This document shows positions 19,185 through 29,914 of a DNA stretch of 64,000 bases, piece after piece (the stretch's first letter is position 1; the number at the start of each line of letters is the position of its first letter). The stretch is from Verrucomicrobiia bacterium (lineage in GTDB: Bacteria > Verrucomicrobiota > Verrucomicrobiia > Palsa-1439): positions 14,424-78,423 of the forward strand of contig DATJWQ010000012.1 in NCBI GenBank assembly GCA_035501175.1, written 5' to 3'. Position numbers and translations under genes: made by a program. The notes under the pieces were generated by a model that ran no database searches, was not told the DNA's origin, and saw only the letters and a list, made by a program, of their open reading frames with translations.

Positions 19185-20750
19185 TTATTCTCGCAGCTTA
19201 ATTGCGCGAATGGCCTCGCCCGCGTTTTGGTCCAGCATTTGGTCCGGGTCCGTCAACTGTTCCCTCAGCACATCCAGGCTATTGGTGCTGCCAATCTGCT
19301 GGAGAATTCGACATGCCTGCCGGCGCGTCTCGAGGTTCTTCTCCTGGAACATCTGCAGCACCGCCGCTTCCGCCGGGGGACCCATGGCCATCAACGCGGT
19401 TGCCGCCTCCTGCTGTCCGGGCTGTGAACCCCGCATGATGTTGTCCACCAACGGCTCAATGGCCCGGTCGTCTTTCAGGCGCGCAAGCCCCTTGATGGCG
19501 TTTTGTTGCATCATGTAGTCGGAGCTTTCCGCAAGCTTGATCAACAGGGGCACCTCGTTCGTTGTTCCGTACGTTTTCAGGAAACCCGAAACCGATTGAC
19601 GAATGGAAAAATCCGCATCGGTCGCCAGCGATGCCATGAGTCCTAACAATTCCGGTGGCACCGACTCGATTGTGGCATTGCCCAACCGATTCGCCGCGGC
19701 TCGTCGGAGGTTGGTATCTTCCGAGGCAAGGTCACCCATCAGTTTTTGGACGTCCGCCGCGGAGACCGGCGCCTGGCTCACGACGGGAACGGTCACGAAT
19801 GCCGCCGCCAGGTCCGCGCCCTCCAACAATCGGCAACTGAGACTGACCCTGGCGTCACGCGACGCCATTTCGGTCGACGCTCGCGAGTTTCCCTGCAATT
19901 CAATCTCGCGTAACATCCCGGCGGACGGGTCGAACGTGAGCGTCCCCGCCACAGCCGCACTGCAACGCGGGTCGTCTCCATTTCTTAGCAGACTGTGCAA
20001 TGCAAGCTCTTTGCGAATGCCAACGGCGTCCGCCGTCGCCGATGAAACCTGATACGCGGCGCGTCGAACCACCGTCAACACCGCCGGTACGGAACGCGGA
20101 CCATAGTTGAAATAAAAGGGTGGGCCGAATTGCGACGATAGAAACCCTGCGGCCGGCCCGAATGCGTACGGATAATCTATCACAGCCGAGTCACCGGATA
20201 TTTCCCATTTCTTGGCGGATGGAGATTCGGGCAATGGCTCGATTAACGCCGTCATCAAAGTCCCAAACGGGATTGGCAAAGGCTGATCCTCAGCATCCAA
20301 TAGCACCCGGCCGCGGTCGTCCACGCGGATTTGGCAACGGTCCGACATCGGTCCCATCATTCGCCCGGACATCACCGGCGGCATAAACATGCCGCGGTTG
20401 AATCCATCCTGGGTCCGGCGGTTCTGCAGATCCGTACGATAGGTCAGACGGAAGGCATTCGAGCCGACTTCGCTTGCCACAATAAACACGCTGCCTGAGG
20501 TGCTTTCCACGCCGGTCTCCCCGCGTACCTGCAGCTCGACGTGATACACGTTCGTCTGACCAAGCGGAAAGCGATAGCGCAGGTCGAGCGCTCCGGATCG
20601 CGCGGATGCGATCGATGCCGCGAGGAGGATCGATCCGATAACTGCTCCGCATTGGAACGCCCTTGGTGCCTGGCTCCGCTTTCGTGGCAAGAAGGGGGTG
20701 GGTGATGACGACGGCGAATCAGACACAAGCTCGGCGGATAGCATCGGCAT
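19185..20750 (-). CDS. Secreted HEAT/ARM-repeat protein
   Basis: C-terminal helical repeats (AIKGLARLKDDRAIEPLVDNI..., ACRILQQIGSTNSLDVL) and an N-terminal hydrophobic segment. Confidence 0.45.
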   Translation of the reverse strand: MPMLSAELVSDSPSSSPTPFLPRKRSQAPRAFQCGAVIGSILLAASIASARSGALDLRYRFPLGQTNVYHVELQVRGETGVESTSGSVFIVASEVGSNAFRLTYRTDLQNRRTQDGFNRGMFMPPVMSGRMMGPMSDRCQIRVDDRGRVLLDAEDQPLPIPFGTLMTALIEPLPESPSAKKWEISGDSAVIDYPYAFGPAAGFLSSQFGPPFYFNYGPRSVPAVLTVVRRAAYQVSSATADAVGIRKELALHSLLRNGDDPRCSAAVAGTLTFDPSAGMLREIELQGNSRASTEMASRDARVSLSCRLLEGADLAAAFVTVPVVSQAPVSAADVQKLMGDLASEDTNLRRAAANRLGNATIESVPPELLGLMASLATDADFSIRQSVSGFLKTYGTTNEVPLLIKLAESSDYMMQQNAIKGLARLKDDRAIEPLVDNIMRGSQPGQQEAATALMAMGPPAEAAVLQMFQEKNLETRRQACRILQQIGSTNSLDVLREQLTDPDQMLDQNAGEAIRAIKLRE

Positions 20751-20906
20751 GGGCTCTCCTCCTGTTGTTGGCTGGTCGGCATGTTATAGCGCCACGCCGA
20801 CTCTGACAAGTAGGAACCGCACCGGCACCCAATCGGCGCGCGACCCCGGGGCGCAGCTTGTCATCCCGAAGGCTGGCCGCTACACTCACGGGGAGGACAC
20901 CGAAGG

Positions 20907-22727
20907 ATGGAGCCAACTCAGACGAGGCCAGAGCGAACAGGGAGATGTTTGTGGGGCTCGGCCAGGCTCCTGGTGATCCTTACGTGCCTGGCCTACCTGC
21001 CCGCCCTGAGCGGTGGGTTTGTGCTGGATGACGGACCGCTCGTTATCCAGAACCGAGTGATCAAGGCTCAGGATGGCCTCTATCACATCTGGCTCACAAC
21101 TGATGCACCGGATTATTACCCGATCACCAACAGCTTCTGGTGGGTGCAGCGTCGTCTGTGGGGAATCCGTCCGTTGGGATACCATGTGGTCAACCTGCTG
21201 CTTCACGCCGCCAATGTCGTGCTGGTGTGGAGAATTCTACAGCGTCTGCGCGTTTCGGGAGCCTGGCTGGCCGCACTCGTATTCGGGATTCACCCAGTGA
21301 ACGCCGCCACGGTAGCATGGATTACCGAGCAGAAGAACACGCTATCAATGTTGTTTGCCGCGGCGGCCATACTTTTCTATTTACGGTTTTACGAAGAGGA
21401 ATCGAGGCGATGGTACCGGCTTTCGCTCGTGCTGTTTCTGCTGGCGTTGCTCAGCAAAACGGCGGTCGTCATGTTGCCGATCGTGCTTCTGGGATGCGTG
21501 TGGTGGTTGCGCGGCCAGTTGAGATGGAAGGATGTTCTCCATAGTGCGCCGTTCTTTGTCGCGTCGTTGATCATGGGATTGGTGACCTTGTGGTACGGCT
21601 ACCATCATCCTTTCGGCGAACCCGGGGCAGAAACGAGCAGCGTCGCCTCACGGTTGGCCGCGGCTGGTTACGCCCCCTGGTTCTACCTGCACAAAGCAGT
21701 TCTCCCGTATGATTTGATGGCGATTTACCCGAAGTGGCAGCCCGATCCCTCCCGGTTGATTTCGTACGTGCCCGGGCTGCTGCTCGTGTGCTGCTTCCTG
21801 GTTTTCTTGTGGAAGCGAGGAACCTGGGGGCGTCCCTTGTTGTTCGGCCTTGGATACTTCGTCGTGATGCTGTTTCCGGTGCTGGGAATCCTGAAGCAAG
21901 GACCCTATCGTCTGACGTTCATCTCCGATCACTGGGATCACTGGCAGTATTACTCCATCATTGGAGTAATCACGTTGACAGTCTCCGCCGGTACGGAAGT
22001 CGCCCATCACTTGGGCAGCCGCGCCAGTCGGTTGAAAACCCCTGTTATGGCTGTCGCATTGATTCTGCTGGGGGCTGCGACATGGTGGCGGAGCTCTTTG
22101 TACGCCTCCTCTCAAGCGCTCCTGCAGGATACTCTGGCAAAGAACCCAACCGCTTGGAGCGCCTGCATCGATCTCGGCGTGGAAATGAAGCAGGCCGGCC
22201 ATGTGCATGCGGCGATTGGGTATTACGAACAGGCCTTGCGTATCAACCCGCGTTTGGCCCAGGCGCACAACAATCTCGGCGACGCGCTTCTGGCTGAGGG
22301 GCGAATGCCCGAGGCCATCGATCACTTCAAGCAGGCGCTCAAGATCAGGCCCGAATATCCGGAGGCCCACGCCAACCTCGGAAATGCGTTGAAACGACTC
22401 GGCAGAATTCATGAAGCGATCGCTCAATATCAAGAAGCTGTACGGATTAATCCCGACTTCGCCCAAGCGCACAACAATCTCGGAAACTCCCTGCTGGCAT
22501 CGGGACAGGTTTCATCGGCGATCGAGCATTATCAGCGAGCTTTACAGATCGACCCTGGTTTTGCCGAAGCGGAATTCAATCTGGCAGTGGCATTGGAAAG
22601 GGCAGGACGATCCGCCGAAGCCGTCACGCATTACCAAGAGGTGCTGAGAATCCGGCCCGACTTTACCCCAGCCGGCGAGGCATTGGCCCGACTACGAGCA
22701 GAACCGGCGAAACCAGCCAACCAGTGA
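20907..22727 (+). CDS. TMTC/DUF1736-like polytopic membrane protein with C-terminal TPR repeats (GT-C-fold glycosyltransferase candidate), paralog 1
   Basis: Conserved N-terminal motif FVLDDGPLVIQNR...YYPITNSFWW...GYHVVNLLLHAANVVLVW. About 10 TM helices and 6 or more TPR repeats at the C-terminus. Confidence 0.65.
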   Translation: MEPTQTRPERTGRCLWGSARLLVILTCLAYLPALSGGFVLDDGPLVIQNRVIKAQDGLYHIWLTTDAPDYYPITNSFWWVQRRLWGIRPLGYHVVNLLLHAANVVLVWRILQRLRVSGAWLAALVFGIHPVNAATVAWITEQKNTLSMLFAAAAILFYLRFYEEESRRWYRLSLVLFLLALLSKTAVVMLPIVLLGCVWWLRGQLRWKDVLHSAPFFVASLIMGLVTLWYGYHHPFGEPGAETSSVASRLAAAGYAPWFYLHKAVLPYDLMAIYPKWQPDPSRLISYVPGLLLVCCFLVFLWKRGTWGRPLLFGLGYFVVMLFPVLGILKQGPYRLTFISDHWDHWQYYSIIGVITLTVSAGTEVAHHLGSRASRLKTPVMAVALILLGAATWWRSSLYASSQALLQDTLAKNPTAWSACIDLGVEMKQAGHVHAAIGYYEQALRINPRLAQAHNNLGDALLAEGRMPEAIDHFKQALKIRPEYPEAHANLGNALKRLGRIHEAIAQYQEAVRINPDFAQAHNNLGNSLLASGQVSSAIEHYQRALQIDPGFAEAEFNLAVALERAGRSAEAVTHYQEVLRIRPDFTPAGEALARLRAEPAKPANQ

Positions 22728-22845
22728 CACGGGTCGGCAGGTCCACTACGGGGCGAACCGGACGCGTTGGCAATATTGCTGAAGTTTGCGCTGCCGTGTA
22801 AATCAACGTTGACAGAATCATGGGAACTTCCGCAACAATCAGCCC

Positions 22846-25026
22846 ATGACGATCACGAGTTCCTCCAGTAGCGGACCCCAGGAAGGCCAGACGGAGGTGA
22901 ACAGACCATTCGGAATGGCGACACTCCAGAGGATTCGGTGGCTTCCCGGGCTGGCGCTTATTCTACTCGTGTTTATCGCCTACCAACCGGTGTGGCGCGT
23001 GGGTTTCATTTGGGATGATAACTACTATGTCACCGATAATCCGGTGCTCAGATCAACCCGAGGGTTGGAGAGGATTTGGTTCGAACCGTCGTCAACCGTC
23101 CAGTACTACCCACTGGTCTTCACCAGTTTCTGGACGGAGTATCATCTATGGAAGTTGCAGCCTCTCGGATATCATTTGATCAACGTTCTCCTGCACGCTC
23201 TGAATGCAATCCTTCTCTGGTTCGTTCTGCGGCAGCTCAAGGTTCCCGGCTCGTGGGTGGCGGCGGCCATCTTCGCGCTTCATCCGGTATGCGTCGAGTC
23301 CGTTGCCTGGGTCACGGAGCGGAAAAACGTTCTCTCCGGCCTGTTCTATTTTTTAACGATCCTGGTATATCTTCGATTCCGACCGTTGACGACCGGATCG
23401 GAAGCTCGTCCGTGGGATTGGCGGTACTACCCTCTCGTTTGCGCGCTCTTTCTTTGCGCCTTGTTCAGCAAGACAGTGACAGCTTCGTTGCCGGCTGCGC
23501 TCGCATTGCTGATCTGGTGGAAGCTGGGCCGGGTATCCAAGGAAGATGCTGTTGCGCTGGCACCGCTGTTTGCAGCCGGTGCAGCTTTCGGGTTCATGAC
23601 CGCATGGATCGAGAAGCATCACGTAGGCGCTAGGGGCGCGGAATGGGTGTTGTCCCCTGCGCAACGCTGCCTTCTGGCAGGACGCGCGCTGTGGTTTTAC
23701 GCCGGAAAAGTCTTCTGGCCACGTAACCTCACCTTCATCTATCCGCGGTGGGAAATCGACGCTCGAAAAATATGGCAGTACCTGTTTCCAATCGCGGCGA
23801 TGCTGGCGCTCGCGGCGTTGTGGTTGCTACGCTCCCGAATTGGCAGGGGGCCGCTGGTCGCGGCGCTGTTTTTCGCAGGGACGTTGCTGCCCGCGCTTGG
23901 CTTTGTCGATATTTTCCCGTTTCGCTATTCCTACGTCGCCGATCATTTTCAATACTTGGCCAGTATCGGCTTGATCGGCCTGGCGGTCGGGATTGGTGCC
24001 ACGGTCTGCCGACGGGCTGGCGAAGGGCTTCCCCGCCTTGGGGCGATTAGCGTGGCAGTTGTACTCCTGTTGCTGGGCGCATCCACCTGGAAACGCGCGA
24101 AGGTGTATTGGAACTTGGAAACCCTGTGGGAGGATACGATCACCAGGAATCCCAACGCCTACATGGCCTACACCAATCTGGGCGACGCTCTTCTTCAGAA
24201 AAACAAAATACCGGAGGCGATTGAACGCTACAAACAGGCGCAGCGGCTCGAACCCAACGAGCCCGACGCGCTCGCCAGTCTGGGAAATGCTTACCTGCAT
24301 CTGGACAAGGTACCGGAGGCCATTGGCTATTTCCGTCAGGCCATACAGCTCAAACCCAGCTTTGGCCCCGCATACACAGGGCTGGGGCTGGCATTGGAAC
24401 GCGAAGGCAAAATCCCCGAAGCCATCGCGCAGTATGAACAAGCGGTCCGGACCGACCCTCACGATGCACAAGCGCACAGCCGGTTGGGACTCCTCGTGGG
24501 CGGCACAGGGAATGCGACGGAAGCAATGCGGCACTATCATCAAGCGCTTCTCATTACCCCGGACGATCCCCAGATCCATAGCAATCTGGCAACCCTCCTC
24601 GAGCAAATCGGACGCACCGTGGAGGCCATCCAGCAGTATGAACTGGCGATACAGCTCAGCCCGGATCTGGCGCAGGCGCACAAGAACCTCGGCATAGCTT
24701 TCTTGCGGACCGGACGGGTTCAGGAGGCGCTCGCCGAACTCCAGCGCGGCGTGCAGCTCGCCCCTGAGGATGCGGATGGACACAATAATCTCGCAATTGC
24801 GCTCGCCGTTTCGGGCAGGACGCAGGAAGCCATGACGCAATGGGAGCAGGCAATCCGTCTGAGACCGAGCGATGCGAAGGCGCAACTCAATCTGGCTATC
24901 GCATTGGAAAAGACCGGACGGGTTTCGGAAGCTGTTGAGCATTATCAGGAGGCGCTAAAGGCCCAGCCCGATCTCACTGCGGCAAGAGACGCGTTGGTCA
25001 GGCTCCGATTAGATCAAGGTCAATAA
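22846..25026 (+). CDS. TMTC/DUF1736-like membrane protein with C-terminal TPR repeats, paralog 2
   Basis: FIWDDNYYVTDNP...GYHLINVLLHALNAILLW motif, TM region, and 8 or more TPR repeats. Confidence 0.65.
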   Translation: MTITSSSSSGPQEGQTEVNRPFGMATLQRIRWLPGLALILLVFIAYQPVWRVGFIWDDNYYVTDNPVLRSTRGLERIWFEPSSTVQYYPLVFTSFWTEYHLWKLQPLGYHLINVLLHALNAILLWFVLRQLKVPGSWVAAAIFALHPVCVESVAWVTERKNVLSGLFYFLTILVYLRFRPLTTGSEARPWDWRYYPLVCALFLCALFSKTVTASLPAALALLIWWKLGRVSKEDAVALAPLFAAGAAFGFMTAWIEKHHVGARGAEWVLSPAQRCLLAGRALWFYAGKVFWPRNLTFIYPRWEIDARKIWQYLFPIAAMLALAALWLLRSRIGRGPLVAALFFAGTLLPALGFVDIFPFRYSYVADHFQYLASIGLIGLAVGIGATVCRRAGEGLPRLGAISVAVVLLLLGASTWKRAKVYWNLETLWEDTITRNPNAYMAYTNLGDALLQKNKIPEAIERYKQAQRLEPNEPDALASLGNAYLHLDKVPEAIGYFRQAIQLKPSFGPAYTGLGLALEREGKIPEAIAQYEQAVRTDPHDAQAHSRLGLLVGGTGNATEAMRHYHQALLITPDDPQIHSNLATLLEQIGRTVEAIQQYELAIQLSPDLAQAHKNLGIAFLRTGRVQEALAELQRGVQLAPEDADGHNNLAIALAVSGRTQEAMTQWEQAIRLRPSDAKAQLNLAIALEKTGRVSEAVEHYQEALKAQPDLTAARDALVRLRLDQGQ

Positions 25027-25308
25027 GGCGACGGAACGCCTTCCCCCGCGACCAGCCTGGCTCTTCCTGACCGCTCGACAATCGCGGTCCTCAGCCCTGT
25101 GGTATTCATTGTGGCCACATGAGTCCTGGCCCGCCCTCGGAGACTCCGGCTGGTTGCCCAGTTTGACCTTCGGCGGCAGCCCAAAGACCCCAATCGCAGG
25201 AAGTCCAATGCAACAAGGCAAGAAAATCGCAGGGCAGGCGGCTCCCGCCGAATCCAATCAGATTTGTCTCGTTATTCCTCCAGTCCACTGGAGTTCCCGT
25301 CAAAAGCA

Positions 25309-25350
25309 AACGGGTCGCCCCGAACTTCCCGGGGCGACCCGTCAGACTGA
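25309..25350 (-). terminator. Rho-independent terminator downstream of the PEP-CTERM gene
   Basis: Perfect 11-bp stem GGGTCGCCCCG/CGGGGCGACCC with a 7-nt loop, followed on the minus strand by UUUGCUUUUG. Confidence 0.6.
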
Positions 25351-25368
25351 AACAGCTATAGTCGCAGT

Positions 25369-26235
25369 TTATGAGCGACGGCGGCGCAATGCCAACAGTC
25401 CGCCAATCATGCCCAAGCCCGCCAGCACAAGCGTCGAAGGCTCAGGAACAACCGCCAATGGCGTGAATTCCATCGGTCCAGTCGTTCCGTTGTAGGAAAC
25501 GAATCCGAAGACGTCGTACGTGTACCCGTTACCGATTGGGGTTCCAGCCAACTGCGTCGACGCAGAATAGGAGGTTGTCCAGTCGAAGCACGTCATGCTG
25601 CCAGTGCTATCAGCGATTGTAAAGGTCTCACTGCTGATGTTCGAGTTGTAGCTTGGTAGAGTCGTCATACCAATGGAAGACGTGATCACCGCATTGGTAA
25701 TTTCCAAGTAGTAGCCAGCGATGCTCAAGCTGCCCGGCTGGTAGTTGGCGCCCATGCCCGAACTGGTGAGGGCGCTGACGCTGAATGCAGGTGCCGCCGG
25801 CACCGTGTTTCCGGTCGATAGAGTGTTGATGAAGTTATTCGAAGCCGCAACTGAGGAGAAGGCAATCTCTGGAAGCGAATGGAACGGACTCCACTGCCCA
25901 TTCAGCTTCAGCATATCTCCCACGCTAAACGAACTGGGAGCGCCGGGCAAGGCCGCCAAGGTCGACGCTGAGACGAAGACATCCATTGAACCCGGGCTTG
26001 TATCCGCAGCGAAGATTGACCAACCAGTAAACGTATGGCCGCCAAATACCCCTGGCTGCGAACCGATGGCTGTCACGATCGGAGAGCTGTCCCACGTTAC
26101 GTTTGCATTGTTCCCGTAAAACTGCTCAATGTCGTTCGCATTATCGGCGTACGCCTTTACGCCACCCAACACTACAGCCGCTGCGATTGCAACGGTGACA
26201 AAACTCTTACTCATACCCGCCAAAGAAATTTCCAT
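25369..26235 (-). CDS. PEP-CTERM sorting-signal protein (secreted; exosortase substrate)
   Basis: C-terminus VPEPSTLVLAGLGMIGGLLALRRRRS (PEP motif, TM helix, Arg cluster) and an N-terminal signal peptide. Confidence 0.8.
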   Translation of the reverse strand: MEISLAGMSKSFVTVAIAAAVVLGGVKAYADNANDIEQFYGNNANVTWDSSPIVTAIGSQPGVFGGHTFTGWSIFAADTSPGSMDVFVSASTLAALPGAPSSFSVGDMLKLNGQWSPFHSLPEIAFSSVAASNNFINTLSTGNTVPAAPAFSVSALTSSGMGANYQPGSLSIAGYYLEITNAVITSSIGMTTLPSYNSNISSETFTIADSTGSMTCFDWTTSYSASTQLAGTPIGNGYTYDVFGFVSYNGTTGPMEFTPLAVVPEPSTLVLAGLGMIGGLLALRRRRS

Positions 26236-26328
26236 TCTTCTCCCTACCCTTTCTTGATACCATTAGTTGCTCGGTTCTCACCACGCCCTCCCTCGCTGGG
26301 GGGCGGCCGCCTTCCTTATCCGTGCGCC

Positions 26329-26356
26329 ATGATACGGAAACGGGGTATTTTTGCAA
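26329..26356 (-). promoter_or_regulatory. Candidate sigma70-like promoter for the PEP-CTERM gene (-35 TTGCAA, 16 nt, -10 TATCAT on the minus strand)
   Basis: Located in an AT-rich island, about 100 nt upstream of the start codon. Confidence 0.3.
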
Positions 26357-26548
26357 GACTTTTTTTCCAAAATATGTGTGAAGAACCGTAGCCGATCCGG
26401 TGACAAGTCTGTGTCAGATCGGTGGTAACCTGCCGGCTCTACCAACAAAATTGAGCATTCTGGGGTAGACAGATGCATATTTCACTCTTTTGCCAGCGGG
26501 AATCCCCTCTTACGAAGCCAACACCCGGTACCCAGTTCTGGTTGTCGG

Positions 26549-27289
26549 TCAGCCACGGACCATCAAACAATCAAATTCGATCGCCCGACACCCGTCCATC
26601 GCGACCGGAAACATTCCCGCAACGACAAATCCCGCCCGTTCGTACACCGCCACGCCTTCCGTCCATTGAGGCATTCCATCGTAAATGGGAATTACGGACA
26701 CCTCGGATTGGAGGGCGACCACACGTTCCACTTGCCGCCCCATTCCGCGAAACACTTCCTGATCACAGCCCTGGGTGTCCATCTTGAGAAAGATCCGCCG
26801 CGCATGGCAGTTGGGAACGACTTCCTTCAACACTTGCTCCAGCGGGCGAACCGAAACCATCTCCTCACCCTCCTCGCTCGCCCCCGGTCCCCACCGCCGT
26901 GTGGCAAATTCATTTACGCGCAAGAATGAACTGAGCACGGTCTCCCGAAATACATGAATGGCTCGCGTGGCATTCTGTTCCCCCAAAGCCCACGGATAGC
27001 ACTTCCATTGTCGGTCGCCAGCAACAGACTTGCTCAGACGATCAAACGCCCGGGCGACAGGTTCGAATGAGATGATCTCACCCCTGTAAAACGAGCGCAC
27101 ACCCCGGGCAAATTGTCCCTCATTGGCGCCCACGTCCACCACGAGATCAACGCCGTATTGTTCGAACACGCTTCGAATATGCATCTGGTAGGCAAGATCC
27201 ATGACGGCTCTGACCTTCTTCCGCAATGGTCTCGTACCGGCCACCATCCCGCAGCACCGCTTGATGCCCTCTTTCACGCCGTCCATCAT
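26549..27289 (-). CDS. FkbM-family SAM-dependent methyltransferase
   Basis: DLVVDVGANEGQFARGV motif typical of FkbM/Methyltransf_21. Confidence 0.7.
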   Translation of the reverse strand: MMDGVKEGIKRCCGMVAGTRPLRKKVRAVMDLAYQMHIRSVFEQYGVDLVVDVGANEGQFARGVRSFYRGEIISFEPVARAFDRLSKSVAGDRQWKCYPWALGEQNATRAIHVFRETVLSSFLRVNEFATRRWGPGASEEGEEMVSVRPLEQVLKEVVPNCHARRIFLKMDTQGCDQEVFRGMGRQVERVVALQSEVSVIPIYDGMPQWTEGVAVYERAGFVVAGMFPVAMDGCRAIEFDCLMVRG

Positions 27290-27450
27290 CGTGTCACCGC
27301 CATGTAGGTGCTTTCCCCGTCACGCCAGAGAATGCCCAAAGCCGCGCGCTACAGACAAGCACGAATCGCAATGTGGTCCAACGCCGCCAAGTTGGGGAAA
27401 AAAGGCCTCTCGTCCTCGAAAGAGCGCGCGGTCGCCACTCCTGCAATCCC

Positions 27451-29895
27451 TCACCGGGTAGTCCGGACTTGCGTTCCAGCGGCGGGTTGGCGGTACACCC
27501 GTCCGGCACGATACAACCGCTGCCGAATCTCAATCTTTGCCGCCAGCTGAGAATGACCGTCGCCACGCGCCAATTCGATTGCCCTCTCGGCCGTCGCCAC
27601 CGCATCGGTGAATCGGCCATCCGCAGCGTAGGCAGCGGCAAGAGTATCCAGATACACAGCCACACGATTATCCGACAATCGGCAGGCTTCTTCGGCCAGT
27701 CCGACGGCTCGAACGGCATTTGTCGCGTCCACCGCCGCGCGCGTGGCTAATACCCACGCGAGATTGTTCAACGCCTCGGGATAATCCGACTTGATCCGCA
27801 ATGCCTCCTCGTATTGCCCGATCGCGTCTTCGAGCCTCCCCGCCCCTTCCAGAGCCTCCCCCAGTCGGTAGTGCGCCTCCGGGAAGGACGGCTGGAGTCG
27901 GAGAACCACTTCAAGGTGTTTGGCAGCCTCCCCGCTCTGTCCCAGCGCCAAGAGGACCTTTGCCAGGTTAAACTGCGCCGCTGGATAGTCGGGCTTGATC
28001 CCGACCGCCGCCTTGTACTTTTCCTGCGCCTGCGTCAAAAGCGATTCCGCCTCTGTCCCCGTTCTCGTTCTCGCCTGCTCCCAAAGCACGGAACCCCAAT
28101 TGTTCAACGCCTCGGCAAGATCGGGCTCGATCCGCAACGCCTGCTGGTATTTCTCTGTCGCCTCCTGCAATAACGCCTCGGCCGCCTCACCTCTCCTGGC
28201 TCGCGCCGAATCCTCCAGCGCGATCCCCCAATCGTTGTAAACCCCGGGATCATCAGGCGCCAGTCGCGCCGCTTGCTGATACTGATCGATCGCCTCCGCC
28301 GTTCGCCCCGCACGCTCCAGCGCAACTCCCAGATCGCGATGGGTCTCGGACGAATCAGGCGCAATCTGCAGGGTGCGCTGGTACTGCGCAATCGCCTCCT
28401 CCATTCTTCCCGCCCGCATCAGGGCATCCGCAAGGTTCTTGCGAGCCGTCACGAAATCGGGCTCGATCCGCAACGCCTCTTCATACTGCCGAATCGCTTC
28501 GTCCAATTCGCCCAGCTTTTCGAATGCCGCGCCAAGATTGACTCGCGCTTCCGGGTAGTCGGCATTCAGCTCCAACGCCCGCCGATACTGCGCCATCGCC
28601 TCCTCGACTCGCCCTTTATGCCACAGCGCAAGTCCGAGATTCAGGTGCGCCAGCCATGCCGTCGGATTCTTCTCCAGGTTGTCTCGCCAAAGCGTTTCCG
28701 CATCGCGATAGATCCCCGCGCGTGTCCACGTCGCCATTCCCAACACCACCAGCATCGCCGCCGCGACCAATGCGCCCACGGGCCGCCCCCGTTGCCCCCA
28801 GCGCCGAAAAACCGTCACCCCTCCGGCCGCCACAAGCGCAATGATTCCAACCACGGCGTGATATTGCCAATGGTCGGCCACAAACGCGTACCGATGAAAA
28901 CTCTGATGGAACAATCCCGACACCGGGAAAAGTGTCACGACGAAATACCCCAACCCGAACAACATTGGCCGTCCCCATGACCCTCGCTTCAGCCAAAGCA
29001 CCACGAAGCACGCCACCAAAAGAATCCCCGGCACACACCACATCCATCCCGCACCCCCAACATCCCATCTCGGGTAAATCACCATCGCGTTCCACGGCGC
29101 CAACGCCTTCCACAAGTAAAACCACGGCGTCGCCCCCGCCACCGCCACGCGCGCAAGAATCCCGCCCGCGGAGACCGCCTGCCCCTCCGTCGCCTTGGGA
29201 TACTGATACAAGATGGTTACCAACCCCATCACCAGCGAAAGCGCGAAGAACGGTATGGTCCGACCGATATCCTTCGCCTGCACCCGGCCCCGCATCCACC
29301 ACACGCAACCCAACAGCACCACCGGCAGCATCACCACCGCCGTCTTGCTCAGAAGCGCCAGCACATACGCCCCCAGCGCCAACCCGTACCACTTCCACCT
29401 CCCGCCCTCGCAAAACCGCAGGTAGCACAAAATGCCGATCGCATAGAACAACATCGATAGCACGTTCTTCTGTTCGCTGATCCACGCCACGCTCGCACAG
29501 TTCAGCGGATGCAACGCGAACACAGCCCCAGCCAACCACGCCCCGGGAATTTTCAACCTTCGCAGAATCAGCCACACCATCGCCGCGTTGATCGCGTGAA
29601 GGAACACATTCGCCACGTGATATCCCGTCGCATGGTCGCCCCAGAGCCGCCACTCCAGCCACCACGCGGTCGAGGTCATCGGCCAGTAATCCGGCGCGTC
29701 CGTCGTAAACCAGAACTGACGAAGTCCATCGCGCGCATGAACCATCCGGTTTTCAACAATCAGTGAATCATCATCCCAGATAAACCCGCCACGCAATACG
29801 GGCGCATACGCCAGAAACGTGATCGCCATCAACACGATGGCGAGAAGCCAGTCGCGATTGGGATATCCCTGAGTCCTTGATGCGTTTGCCACCAC
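27451..29895 (-). CDS. TMTC/DUF1736-like membrane protein with a long C-terminal TPR array, paralog 3
   Basis: GFIWDDDSLIVENR...YWPMTSTAWW...GYHVANVFLHAINAAMVW motif, TM region, and about 12 TPR repeats. Confidence 0.65.
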   Translation of the reverse strand: MVANASRTQGYPNRDWLLAIVLMAITFLAYAPVLRGGFIWDDDSLIVENRMVHARDGLRQFWFTTDAPDYWPMTSTAWWLEWRLWGDHATGYHVANVFLHAINAAMVWLILRRLKIPGAWLAGAVFALHPLNCASVAWISEQKNVLSMLFYAIGILCYLRFCEGGRWKWYGLALGAYVLALLSKTAVVMLPVVLLGCVWWMRGRVQAKDIGRTIPFFALSLVMGLVTILYQYPKATEGQAVSAGGILARVAVAGATPWFYLWKALAPWNAMVIYPRWDVGGAGWMWCVPGILLVACFVVLWLKRGSWGRPMLFGLGYFVVTLFPVSGLFHQSFHRYAFVADHWQYHAVVGIIALVAAGGVTVFRRWGQRGRPVGALVAAAMLVVLGMATWTRAGIYRDAETLWRDNLEKNPTAWLAHLNLGLALWHKGRVEEAMAQYRRALELNADYPEARVNLGAAFEKLGELDEAIRQYEEALRIEPDFVTARKNLADALMRAGRMEEAIAQYQRTLQIAPDSSETHRDLGVALERAGRTAEAIDQYQQAARLAPDDPGVYNDWGIALEDSARARRGEAAEALLQEATEKYQQALRIEPDLAEALNNWGSVLWEQARTRTGTEAESLLTQAQEKYKAAVGIKPDYPAAQFNLAKVLLALGQSGEAAKHLEVVLRLQPSFPEAHYRLGEALEGAGRLEDAIGQYEEALRIKSDYPEALNNLAWVLATRAAVDATNAVRAVGLAEEACRLSDNRVAVYLDTLAAAYAADGRFTDAVATAERAIELARGDGHSQLAAKIEIRQRLYRAGRVYRQPAAGTQVRTTR

Positions 29896-29914
29896 AGGTT
29901 CCTTCGCCGCTCGC

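Noticed and set aside
28616-29665. 349-aa Gly/Arg-rich ORF antisense to TMTC-like paralog 3
   Set aside because: The low-complexity G/R/A composition is typical of the antisense frame in high-GC DNA, and the sense-strand gene has a clear domain signature.
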